DNA from: Trypethelium eluteriae
Taxonomy: Eukaryota
Assembly: GCA_051942245.1 (NCBI GenBank)
Contig: JAVECL010000140.1
Span: 1 to 44,959, forward strand
Direction: 5' to 3'
Length of the DNA stretch: 44,959 bases
A program made the translations under genes and the position numbers. How positions within the stretch are numbered: the stretch's first letter is position 1; each line of letters starts with the position of its first letter. Below are positions 22,916 through 35,024 of this stretch, piece after piece. The notes beneath the pieces were generated by a model. That model was not told where the DNA came from, did not search any database, and saw only the letters and a program-made list of their open reading frames with translations.

Positions 22916-25900
22916 ACTGGACCGAGGACATTACGCCAGCTGCCAGCACGTCTCGCCCGCTCATCCCTTCGCCAGCAGCGTCTCGGCCGGGGGTGGTGCT
23001 GGCTACCGCCTGCACACCAGAGCATGCTCCGAACAGGTAGGTACGGAGGTGGTGCCACCTCATGGGACTCTGCGCTGCTCCGCCAGCCGTTGTAGCAGGG
23101 TGCACAAGACAATTCCCCGACCCAGCAGTAACGGCTCTGAGCTGGTATTGCATGTCCGCTGAGTGCAGCCGAGCCTGCTTCCCGCACTCGTCGATCCTCT
23201 ACCAATCGGCTGACCTGCAGCAGCGCAGCCAGCAGATTGACAATGCCTATCGCCACATGGGCGTACAGTATCATGCCGCCCATGTGGGTTACCGCCTCCG
23301 GGCCCCGGAAACGGTCTTGCAAAGAACAGCAACATCTGTTACAGGATGAAAGTGAAGAACATCCAGGCCACGTCCTTCTAATAATCCAACCCACTACCTT
23401 CATCCCGGGGACGCCGTCCGCATGCCCAAGTCTGTCCTGTGAACATTGACGAGAGGACGAGGGCGCCGTCTTCCTAATGCTTCACCGCCGCTCGTATGAG
23501 CTGGACTTTCAAGGCGCTATTACTTGATTGAGGTCACACCTGTTTGCTTTGCAAATATTGGCGCACATGCGGCCCTGACGTTCTCGTCATGCACGCCTTG
23601 GCAGTATCCGCAATTGCCCGTTGACGGTCCGGCACTTAGACGTGCTTAGTTTACTAGGGACAGCGATAACATTAGGGTAGCATGTACAAATCATATTTGC
23701 AAAGCAAGCCAGCTTTCATAGGCTCGGTCTCAGAGGCCTGCATTGCCTTCTGCGAACGCTCGCACGTTTCATATCACCTCGACCGCTGCTGCTATGCCAA
23801 GGATGTACCCTGATGACAGTCGTCGCCCACTTTGAAAATTTTTCTCTTATAAGACCCGACTGTCCGGTTACGACAGAAGGGTAACCAGATAATCGGGAGG
23901 TGGCGGATGGAGGCGAGTAAATAGGACAGGGGCAGAGGGGGGCAGAGGGTAGCAGGACGAGACAGGATTGGTCGGTCAGCAACACCGCCGTAGACATGGC
24001 GGCCACACCTGCCCATCAGCCATTTTTGCTCAGGACTGCTCCGTGATTCAACCCACTCTGTGACGGAGTGGGTTGGAGATGCGGCCCAACAATACGGCAC
24101 GTGGCTTTTCACCGAAAGAAAATGGCTTTGATGGCCTTCGATCTAGGATGCTTCTAGTCTCATTGCTTGCATTAAGCCAAATCCTGAGACAGCATCGAGA
24201 ATAGTCTATCCGGTAAAATGGATGAACGTGGAGCCTTCGCTCGTGTTCGCGCCGTCATCGGCCACGACCTACCAACAGGTATGGACAAAGATTGCTGAAA
24301 AGCAAGATTAGGAAATGGACCAGTTCTGTGACAAGTCAGGCATGGACTAATCAAGGCAATGCAGCAATGATTGACAACTACTGCTCAGGTTCTCTCTCGA
24401 TGGGGAAGAGGCGGTCAGCATTCTCCCTTTCACTAGCAGTGTTGAGCAAACGAGGGCTATTTCTCGTGACCAAATACGGCCTCACCGTAAATGCGGAAAG
24501 TACACCAATGATGGGACCACAAGTCGATCTGCAAGCCCCCTTAAGCAGATTGCAGAAGATTCGGGCTCGTGGCATAATCTGGCAACTGGGCTCGGAAATC
24601 TTGGGAAATGCACTTCGCTTCTGTAAAGGTCGACAAGTGGAACGTTGTGGCATGAGGTGGGGGTGGCACCGTGCACAATACCACAGTTGACAGCCGTCGC
24701 AGGTACAGAAGGCGCCTGGAAGTCCGGTATGTTTGATTGTGTTGTTGTACATGGCAGGTTGCGCGTGGCAAAATCCAAGTACTCTATCTTGTGGCTTCTA
24801 GCCTACTAACGCGATCGAGGCTTTTCTGCAGAGCCACGTAATACGGCATCAATACATTTCTGAAAAGCAAGTGGTCAAGCCTGCCGACTCACACTATTCC
24901 GTGGGAAAAGTTATGCAGAGAAGCCTCTTGGTTGGGAGACGGATGATGAACCCACGAGCCTGGATAGGTGGGAGTAGTTTCCGTTCAGCTGCGGGGCACT
25001 GCTAAACTACTATTACTTGGGTATTGCGCCAACTCCAACATTCGACGCCCTTGCTGCCTTTCCGTTTGAGGAATAAATCTTGGTGATTTGGGTGCCCTCT
25101 TTGATGACTACATTCCCAGCTCTCTGCAGAGAGTGGACCCCAGTCAGTCGCGACAGCAAAAGTTTTTCAGGTCAGCGGCGATAATTGTCACGCATGAAGA
25201 CTCCTCAAAGTTGGTGATGACCCACTTATTAGCAAAGCTCCACAGTGGAGAGCTTTCATCTCGACATGGATGAACTTCAGACAAATGCCAGGCAAAATGG
25301 TATCGTTGAATCCACTCCGCAACATGGTGCCTTACCGTAAAGGATCGGATTTAGTCTCTAAAGGTAACGGATCCGCAGAAACTGTGTCGTCCCGTGGGTG
25401 CCGTGGGTGTCTTGGTCCCTCGCTTACAAGCTTTCGGCCCTTACCGCGTACTCCGTTCATTGTCGATCCACGAAGGATGAAAGAATTCAAGGCATACAGC
25501 CCAAGAGATCCAGTGGATAGGTAGGTGTCGTTTCCACCGAGAGTCGTCGCCATTAATGACGACACGTGATCTTTGATCGCCTACCCAGGGTACGGAGTAC
25601 CTGCAGGGCTTTTTTGCCTTCTGGGCGTCATTGGCTTCCTAATCACACTCGCAATGATGACTTGGCTCTTGAGGGATTGGCGGTCCGTCTTTTGGCCCAA
25701 ACTCATCCGGTTTCCTAACCCGTTTCCACACGCTGACTGACTCGCGGTATAAGAAGCAGTTTCATCGAAATTGAGCAGACATCCGCGACAAATGACGGGA
25801 CAGGCGGGATGGCGTTTTCTCCAAAGACCTTAAACCGAGATGCTAGTCAGTTACTCTGGTTCTCAAGTGACTATGATAGCGCCCTCTAGCGTCTGCAGCC

Positions 25901-26777
25901 CTGCCTTCAGCTGGGACACCGCCAATGGGTTCATGATACACCGCTCTACCGTTTGAGAATCAACTGCCCAGCGCCACGCTCACTTTAGATGACCTCTTTC
26001 CTGCAGAAACGTGCCGCCCCAGCCCAGCCGCTTCGTCCTTCCTAGACGGATCAGTCCGCCGAGCAGTGAGGGGCAAAAGGAATCCCAAGCTAAGCAGGTC
26101 CAGCATCTTGGATAGCAAGTTGCAGTCGTCGGTGGCTCAGACTGCGATCGCGATGAGACCTGCATGGCTCCATAAAAGCATGAGCAAGGTCGTCACGTCC
26201 AACAGGGTCTTCTGCAACCAGGTTTGTGCGGGGGCCGAATTTGGTGCATGATACATTTGCTGGTAGATGAGGATCTGAACATCATCCTTCTGGAAACTGG
26301 TGTTCCCCAACAAGACCTGGGGTAAGTAAAGGCGCGTGCTAATTAGCAATCGGACGATTTCGGTCCTTGGGGCTGGGGAACCTTGTGCGTTCTGCACCTT
26401 TGAAGAATTCGCGCTTTTCCGGTAGCAACCGATGAACCCTACCACGAGCCGTTCCTACAGCGGCCACTGACTCGGGCTCGGACGCAAAGGCCCACTCAAG
26501 TCAAAACATCCAAGTCAGAAATCACCAGACATCGTTCCACTTTCTCAAAGACATCCTACCACTTAATTCTCACATCCTAAGTCTTAACACCACTGCTGGT
26601 CCATTCCGAGCACAAAGAATCTTCTCATGGAGTCGACAGAGGTCAATTCGCCTGACTGCCGTCCTATTGGACCCAGTAAAAAAAATCAGGCCAGCAGTCT
26701 TGCTAGTACTGTACGAGAGGGACGATTGCCAAGCAATCCTTCCACCCCATTGTAGCCCTCAAAACTCCACTCGCTGC

Positions 26778-29372
26778 TTACATCTCCACGGCATACCCTG
26801 TTCTCTCATTCTCATCCTCCTCCTCCGTCTCACCGATGCCAAACTCCCGAGCAGTAGTCCCGCCGCTACCCAATACTACTCCCGTGTCCACCCCCAGATC
26901 AACCTGCCCGTGCCCTCCTGCTGCCGCCGCCGCCGTTGTTTCTGCGGCCCCTTCAAACCCATCATATCCCTCCACCACAGCAGTAGCACCTGCATACACC
27001 TCCCCATTGAAATCTCCCCACCGCCGCGCATACTCCTGCATCTGCTCGCTCGTAAACGGCACAGGAAACGGTGCCGCAATGTCCGTCTCGGCAATCGCCT
27101 CGAGCGGTCCCATGTCCACGGACAGGGACGTCGTGTCGAGGATACCCGTGTCTTCCGGGACTGCGTAGAGCTGCAGACTGCCTCCTTCGGCCAGCGTCTG
27201 GCCAGCCGGCTGTTGCTGCTGTGGATGCTGCTGAGGATGCTCCAAGCCTGTCGTGGTGTCAGAGCCGTGCTCGCCCAGGTCGAAGGACAGCGCGATGTGG
27301 CCGCCGCCGAAGTCGATGGTGTTCGTGCTGGGGATTGCAGCGGAAGGACCGGAGCATGCGGCTGCGATGGCGGGGTCGATGCTATGGCTGTTGGCGGCGC
27401 GGTGGGCGGCGCTGGAGCTGTTAGAAAGGCCCAAGTCGTAGTCGTCGTGCGCGAGGCTCGGATAGGGAAGGTTCGATATTGCGGCTAACGGATCTTGGAT
27501 GCTTGCGTAGCCTGGGACGCCGATCAGGGGCATGTGGCTGTCTAGGTCAATTGGCGAGCCTAGAGTGCGAGGTGGTTGTGTCTGTGAGACTTGCTGATCG
27601 AGCGATAGGTCGATGGAGGGGTCGAAGGCTTGGTTCATCTCTGTGAACATCTCGGCACTAAAGTCCCATTGCTCTGGACACTTGAAGGAATGCTGCGGAC
27701 TGAGAAGGCCAGATACGAACTCAATCTCGTCGTGACATTGCTGTTGCAACTGTTGCGACTGTTGCGGTGGGGGAATAACTTTTCGCCATGTCGAGATAGC
27801 CTGCTCTCCTGGTTTACTCTTGCTGAAATTCCAAGTAGACACTAACACGAGCTGGACATCTTCGGGATTGTTTCGAGGATAAGCAAAAATCTCTTGCACC
27901 GCACTCAGTCTTTTCAGTGCCGCCTCCACGTGCTCGTGAGCATTGCGGACTTGGTTATGCAAGGAAGTTGCCTCTTTTGAGTCATCACTGCAATCATCTT
28001 GTGGAGTCGGAAGGCGATGTCCGGGACGCGATCGCAGAATCTGTGCTAGTTCATGCAGTTTTCTTGCCCAAAAAGTGCTGCCAAAGGAGACATTACCCAG
28101 TAGTTGAGATTCATCCGCATCGTACTCGACTGGACCGTTGATTGCATTGGTGAGCTCCCCGTCATGCACAAATTTGAGAGCCGTCTCGTTTTCAAAGAAA
28201 CGCGTACGAGAAGCAAAAGTGCATTGGGGAAGGTTTTCAATCCTACCCATGTAGTCGAGCGTGATTCCCAATTCAGCCCCTTTGGGTAACTGTTCGGGAA
28301 TGATATCCAAAGAGGCCTCAAAGGAAAAGATGTGGCATGTAAGAGGAGATTTGGAATGCATCGATGCTAGCTGTGGAAAAGTATCCATCCATTGCCTATT
28401 GTCGTCCAGATATAAATCTGGCCTGCGAGGCATGTAATGAAACTTAGTGATCATGCGCCAAGGTTCGGCCGGCCCTTCGTCATATTTTTTAACCTGCACA
28501 AACATTTCAAACCCGGACGGTTCGAGAGGCCTGGACCTTCGAAGCTCTTCGAGTCGAGTCCGCTGAACTGATCCGTAAGTTATCTCTTGTAGGTAGTGAC
28601 GTGAACCTCCGACAGCATTTGGGACACTGTTGGCGTGAGAGGAAAAGTACGGATGGTGCAGACGATTTCTAGAACTTGAAGCTTTGGATGAAAAGTACTG
28701 CATGACTACTATTGTCAACTGACTCGCCTCGGCAGAAGGCAGAAAAGACATCACGTACTCCTTGGGTTGCCTTTAAAGAAGGGTTTCACCACTTGTATGT
28801 GACTTGAAACTTGCTTGCGGTCGCGAGGCTCCCCTGTCAATCTTTGAATGTAGTCTGCAATAAGCTCATTACGGCCTTGCGGCTTTTCGTTCGGTCTCAC
28901 AGTCTCTTTACCCCGTCCCATGGGAGGAATGAAGATGAGCGCTATCTTGGTTGGTAGTTGACATACAACGAAGCGAGAACTGGATCCTACCTAGGAAAAA
29001 CGCTTCCTCCAAATTGTCTGGCCATTTCTGGTCTTTTTGCCGCTGTGGGCCTTTCGGCTGTCGATTGCGATACTTCTGGTATTCTTCGCATTGGCTGAGT
29101 TCCTGGAAGAGAGCTCTGGCTTCTTTCTCTTTCGAGCGAGGGTCTCGTGAGCGCCAAGTTCCCGTACGAGAGCGTTGGCTGGACGGTCCAGCTTGACTGA
29201 ACGATGAAGATACTGTCTGAGTATGACGAGTGTCATCGTAGCCACCGTCCCAGCCACTTCCGTCCTCGGAATCTACACACAAAGCTGGTAACGGAACTCC
29301 GCCATCCGTACTTTGGGCAGAGTGTGGTGGCCCATTGGAAGGAACGACGGCCGGAAGCATGCGGAGCTCCAT
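26778..29372 (-). CDS. TEA/ATTS-domain transcription factor (AbaA/Tec1 superfamily), ~831 aa, 3 exons
   Basis: Exons 29372-28991, 28941-28759 and 28708(or 28705)-26778. The spliced TEA domain reads [56 protein letters not shown]. The C-terminus is long and acidic/Q-rich. Confidence 0.88.
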
Positions 29373-30159
29373 AGGCTCGATCTTGGTTAATGCTATTTCA
29401 GGAATGGGGAATGGACAAAGAAGAATGCTTATGGAAAAATATTAAAAGGCGATGGAATTCGTGGCAGCAAAAGGAGCGTTAGAATATGGTGCAAAGGAAT
29501 GACCAAAGTTGGAGAAAATGCAAACAAGATCGAAATGATATAAAGACGAGAGAAGTACTCGTATATGAGTTTTTACCCCCGAAATAAGGCGGTTGCCTAC
29601 TTTGACCTACCATGGGTCGATCTACTAGCAAGCTTGCCTGCCTACTGGACTACAATTGCGGAGATTGCTATCAGTCATTTTCGATCTTGTTGTCTGCTGG
29701 AATGCTCATCTATTGCTGTTTGATTAGCAGAATGAGCAAGGGCAAGTAGAAAATCCCTCGAGCAACGCGTGGATTGCACCTCCGCTCTAATGGAATCGAG
29801 AATAATAGCCTAGGAAACAGAGATTCCAGCTACATGGAACGACTCCTGGACATTTGACCCTGTCGACAGGCACAACTGTAAGTCGCTCCATGAAATATGA
29901 TGGAGCCTGCCGAGAGGAAATCTTTCTGTCTTGATACGATCACGTTCGTAGACCCATCGGTAGAGTTGCCAAGTGAAGATCAAGCCAAGACTCATAGACT
30001 GATCATCGGACCAACCCTTTGCAGTGAGGTGGGCATCGCGTCATAGAGGCAAAGGGAGGGCGCGATGTTCACACGAAATGCCGAGCGCGCCTCAACCAGT
30101 CAGTACTGACGCAAGGGGCCTGAAGTCTTACATTAATCTACACGTCAGTGCCAGACTAG

Positions 30160-32939
30160 CTAAGCTTGGCCATTGTCATCTTCGCTGCCTCCAATGTCGA
30201 ATTTGCTCCGAGAATTGCCTGTGAGTCTCTGTAGTTCAACTTTGTTGGCTTGAGAGCCAACCTTTTTCAGCATCTTTTCGATCTCGGCCTCGGCATCTTC
30301 GGGCTCATCGGAGGCAAACTCAAGAACGAGCCTTCTGCCGAGAAGATGGGTATTCCGTACAGATTCCATGGCGTTTTCAGCTTCACGTTTGTCAGTAAAC
30401 TGTGCAAATGCGTATCCACGAGCACTCCTGTCGAATTTTTTGGGTACCCGGACCGAACGCAATTGTCCATATGCACCGAAAAGCGATCGTACATCCTTCT
30501 TGGTGGCTTCGAATGGTAGGTTTTTGATGATGATCTTGGTACTGCGACTCGCAGCTTTACGAGACTGATCTTCTCTGCGGCGCTCCGCAGCCGCATCAAG
30601 GCCCTTGTGTGAAGCTCTGATCTGCAGGATGTGGCCATCAAGATCATATCCGTCCATGCTTGCAAGAGCGGCCTGAGCTTTGGCTTGGTCTCTGAACTCT
30701 ACGAAACCGAAGCCCATACTTAAAAGTTTCCCAGGGTGTCTTGGATCAGTCTTCGTCTTGACCCGAGCTGATAAAAATCCATCCAGAGGCTTGAAAACTT
30801 GGGTCAGACGTTCGCTGCTTGTGTCGAAATTCAAATTGCGGACGAACAGAGTACTGCTTTCAATTGTCGGATCGGGAGTTTTGCCTTCAAGTATTTCTGA
30901 AGTCGATGGTTTGACAATGGCTGTTCTTGGTTTTGATGTATTAGATTCAAAGAGCTCTTTTGGTGCCTTCTCTAAGAATAGGACAGAATCTCTGACCCGC
31001 CGATAGGCCAGAGCGGCAAAAGCAGTCCGCGCTTGCTGTGCATGAGCGTACTGAACGATAGTCATGGTTCCAGTTGGCGGCACCAAAAATCGGACAACTT
31101 CACCGTGCTCCGCAAAGAGCTTTCTTAACTCTTCTGGTTTCATCTCATATGGAAAGTTTTTTGCAAGTATTGCGGTATCTCCTCGTTCGCGTGTTCGAAA
31201 CGCGTCGAGGTTTACCCCTTGCTCCGCAAAGTATGACTTGGTCTCTTGGATGACATGAGTTTCCGCATGCGCTTGTTTCACTGCCGCATCTGAGGAAGTC
31301 GGGTCCAAAAGGGTGGACTTTGCGATTCCAAGGCGGTCTGAGACAGACGACATGACAGCGTCTGCGTTCATGTAGAGGGAGTTCCAATTGAAGCTCGAGG
31401 TCGCGGCTTCGGCCTTGCGACGAATGAGCTTCTGCTTTTTCAAAGGCAACTTCGATATCGCAAAGTCGTCGAGTCCTTTGACCTGTTTTGTTGAAGAGGG
31501 TAAAATGTGTAAAAGACGGCCTTGGAAAATCGTGCCATCCAGTTCACGAAAAGCTTGAAGAGCACATTCGGGTTTCTGGTAAGAGATAAATGCGATTCCT
31601 TTGTTCGATCCAGACTCAAAGCCAAGAGGCAGGTGGACCTGATTAGTGTATGAGCACTCGACCACAGTCAGGGATAATAATGTAATGTATGGACATAGAT
31701 CTATTCAGAAAATGAGAAGCATCTACTAAAATACTCTCCCTGAAGAACATCATTTGCAATACATAAGCTGTCCCTATCAGGATGATCATCATGTCATGGA
31801 AGTTGAAGCTCGAATATGGAAGAAAAACTTACTTCGTCCAAATTACCAAAGTCTTGAAAACGGCTTTTTAAATCGTTTGCGGTTGCGTCGTATGCTATAT
31901 TCCGCACAAACAAGCGGCCAGTAGACATTATGGTGTCCACATCGGCATTGCCTCCCAGGTCGGTCCGCGGTCGATGTGGTCCTTCTAGATCCTCGGGGTG
32001 CTCACCGTTCTCGTTGGTTTCGTCATCTGCCCGCTCTGAAACATGCAGTTCACTCTTTTTCTCTTCCGCTTGGGAACTCGTATCCTGGTGGCGTGCTGAC
32101 TGTTCCATGTCCTCATCAACCAGATCCAACACCCTGTTTGTATGATTTCGAAGCCAGTCGTCATCATCTTCGCCGCCTTGAACAGCAATCTTCCGATTTT
32201 CTCTATCCTCCGCTTCGCCTAGTCTGTTTGCCACTCCTTGGCCATTTGCGTCGTTATCATCCTCGAGTGGAGCTTGCTCTTCTTCTGCATGACTCTGATC
32301 TTGCTTTCCTTGTTTCGGCTTTCCTACGACTTGGTATTCGTCATCACTCGAATTATGATGTGGCGCAATACTTTCGGCTTGATTGAAACCATTGAATACT
32401 TGTTTCTTGCTAGCTGAAGGGATGTCAGAAGCAGACAGGGTCCGGTTTGTTTTTGACGTTGGTTGCATGATTCCCAAGAATTCTTCCGCTCTAGGATCCT
32501 GAACATCACCGCCTCGAGCATCCCTTTTCCGCTTCTGACCACGACTATCTTGTGGTCCAATGTCTCTCGTTGCGACTGATTGGCTACGGTCATTTTTGTT
32601 TGAAGAGACATTACGTCGCGCGTCCTGTGTCGCTCTTGAAGCCTACAAGACATTTCAGCTATTGCTTTTTTCGGCTCTGGTATTTCCATATGGTCTTACA
32701 GGCTGAGCGATTTCAACACCAATCTTGGACATACGAATGAAAGACTTGTTGAAGTGCCTCACAGCCTTTACGGCTTCTTGTGGCGTCTTATAGCCCACAT
32801 AACCGATCCTTCGGTGAGGCAGTAGTCGCACATCCGTGATGGAGTGGAAGACCGAAAAGTGTTTTTTAAAATCGTCTTCAGACAAGGACGGGGGTAGTCC
32901 ACGGACAAAAATGCGCGAAGAGGACTGTTCCGCAGCCAT
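30160..32939 (-). CDS. MRD1: Multiple RNA-binding domain protein 1 (5 RRMs; pre-rRNA processing), ~842 aa, 3 exons
   Basis: Exons 32939-32700, 32642-31833 and 31638-30160 join in frame. Motifs: SRIFVRGLPP, RLFVRNIAY, FNWNSLYMNADAV, AVKQAHAETHVIQETK, LSMGFGFVEF, KIIIKNLPFEATKKDVRSLF, THLLGRRLVLEFA. Confidence 0.95.
31700..31797 (-). ncRNA. Intronic box C/D snoRNA, snR64-like (predicted guide for the LSU rRNA Cm equivalent to yeast Cm2337)
   Basis: Lies in the unusually long MRD1 intron 2 (31832-31639). Box C ATGATGA 31792-31786; guide GATAGGGACAG 31778-31768, complementary to conserved LSU rRNA CUGUCCCUAUC; D' CTTA 31767-31764; C' ATGATGT 31753-31747; TTTTAGTAGA element; box D CTGA 31708-31705. 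Ends are approximate. Confidence 0.8.
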
Positions 32940-33268
32940 GATCAGGTCGAATAGCGAGTGAGAAAAGCTGCGCAAAGTGGTAAAAGCGATGGTGCGCGGA
33001 CGGGAATTTTTTTCTTTAGGGTTGTGGTCACGTGCTTATGTAGAACCGCGTGGCTTCTAATTGCGAACGGACCCCTGTGTCATCAAAACAGTTTCCTCGC
33101 GTTCTGACGATTTGATACAATACCAAGGTAAATCAGAACCAGTCTCGTGTAGACATTTCGTCCCAGCGGGCTATTCTAGTCTTCTCACGCATATTGCACC
33201 TGTGGATTTGGGCCAGATTGCATTCGATCAGGAATCAGTGTTAACGGTCTTAACACACTTCAGCAAAG
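32940..33268. promoter_or_regulatory. Compact divergent promoter region shared by MRD1 and dynein light chain
   Basis: About 330 bp separate the divergent ATGs. The region contains a PAC-like GCGATGGT (32986-32993), an RRPE-like GAATTTTTTTC (33004-33014), TCACGTG (33028-33034), and a probable 5'UTR intron of the LC8 gene (33128-33263). The motif matches are imperfect. Confidence 0.4.
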
Positions 33269-33813
33269 ATGGAGGGAGAAAAGCAGGAGCAGCTTGAAGG
33301 TGAGACCTCAACTGTAATCACTGGAAACACGATTATTGATATTCTGTAGCACAAATTAAGTCCGTTGACATGGTAATGCATGACCAACACCTTCCTATAT
33401 CAACGGTCGACTAATATCGCGACAGAGCGAGGACATGCAGAATGAAGCTATAGATCTTGGTGAGTTTCTCCAATTCCTGCAACAGATCTTTTGTTGTGCT
33501 GACATCAAGCAAGCGCAAGAAGCAATGAGTAAATTCAGTATCGAGAAAGACATTGCCCAGCACATCAAGAAAGAGGTCAGTCATCGGTCACATGAATGTC
33601 TCTGCCTTTTTGACGAGACATCCATCAGTTTGATTCACGCAAAGGTCCGACGTGGCATTGTATTGTTGGTAGGAATTTCGGCAGCTTCGTCACCCATGGC
33701 AAGTCATTAAAGTAGGCAAAAACGCTACTCGCGAACTAACACTTACAGAAACCAAACATTTCATCTACTTCTACCTTGGTCACTGCGCAATCCTCCTCTT
33801 TAAGACTCAGTAG
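33269..33813 (+). CDS. DYN2: Dynein light chain LC8 (Dyn2/NudG), 94 aa, 6 exons
   Basis: Exons 33269-33299, 33350-33372, 33426-33459, 33514-33575, 33629-33698 and 33749-33813 give [94 protein letters not shown]. The last intron has a GC donor. Confidence 0.96.
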
Positions 33814-34302
33814 CTGTCTCGAAAGAGTCATGATGACGTTATCGAGTTTCTCTTCTTGTGTACTTATACCACTGATGTTCTCAAAGCATGCTCAAGGTTT
33901 GCCATTCAGATAAAATAGCAGAGAATCTTGTACTCATCGCCATGTCTTTCGGTTTCATGTGTTTCTTGTAGTCTCCTTTGCCATTTACTGAACACTTAGC
34001 ATTCCTCCTGAACGGCAGTGGCCTCGGTCGATCTGAATCCAGTCTTTGGCTACTAAGATTCCACACGGGCGACCATGGGCCTTGCTCGTTGTAGAAGCCT
34101 TGGGCGATGCGCTCCCATGTAGCGGGCGTGCGTCCGTTGCGATGTACGGGACACTGTCCCCACAAGGAGTACCAACAGTCGACTTCATTACTCCACCGAT
34201 CCAGTATGCCTACCCGCACCCAGTCTATCTTCAGCGCTTGTTAGCAATCATGCCAAAGGTAAAATCCTCACAGATCGGTCGAAGAGGTTGCTCCACTTCC
34301 CA

Positions 34303-34470
34303 TTATGACGACCTGGCCATGAGATTACCAGCTCGCATAGTCCCAATAGTGGCAACAAGCTGTCAATCAATCTCGCGGATGATATTCTTTTGTTCGAGTA
34401 GCGCAAAGCTTATCGAGATATCTGCGCTATCACTGGATTTGTTCGAGACGGATGCTTTTGTTGAGCTCAT
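34303..34470 (-). pseudogene. Possible relic of the N-terminus of an allantoate/nicotinate-permease-type MFS transporter
   Basis: Translation MSSTKAS..LLEQKNIIREID*QLVATIGTMRAGNLMARSS* resembles the family start motif EQKRIIRRID-RLV-TIG-MY--SLMDR-N. In-frame stop at 34365-34363. No downstream TM segments are recognisable. Confidence 0.35.
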
Positions 34471-35024
34471 ATAGGTACCTTATAAGTCCAAGGAAGTCTC
34501 TGCGATGTCCAAGAGCTAATGCGAGATGAACCTACCATATTGTGTTATCGAATTGCGTAGTGCTTATCGGCTCTGGAATTTTTCCGATGGTCGATAATAG
34601 CTTTGGACGAAGTTGATCTTGTTACATTTTGATGTGTTATACATTTCCAATGGCCTGAGCAACTCTCGAAACTTTCGTGGATGAGTCAGAACTGAACTCG
34701 TCGTTCTCAAACCGCGAGCGTTGATTCTATTTCAACTCAGATGCTGCCGTGGTCGCTTTTCCGTACTGATTCCAATCCAATATCTCTGAAAAAGGAGTTA
34801 TTGGATGTTGGGAATTTGATGAAATGACGCACAACTCATCTAGTAGGAGAGTCCGGCCCGAGGTCCGGCCCGAGATTCAGCGGTCTGCAGTTAAAAGTCC
34901 TTGCGACCTTGTTCGCAATCTCTCTGGATTTCAGTATCTCTTCAATACCTTTGCCAGCTCGCTGAAGCTGTATACAGCAAGAAATTTCGCTTTTTGAAAT
35001 ACCCCATGCTTTACATTCTAAGCA

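Noticed and set aside
22098..23403. Cluster of overlapping 70-225 aa ORFs upstream of laeA
   Set aside because: GC-rich low-complexity DNA that is open in many frames, giving Arg/Pro/Ala-rich translations without domains.
26667..27488. 273-aa plus-strand ORF
   Set aside because: Antisense shadow of the TEA factor's last exon.
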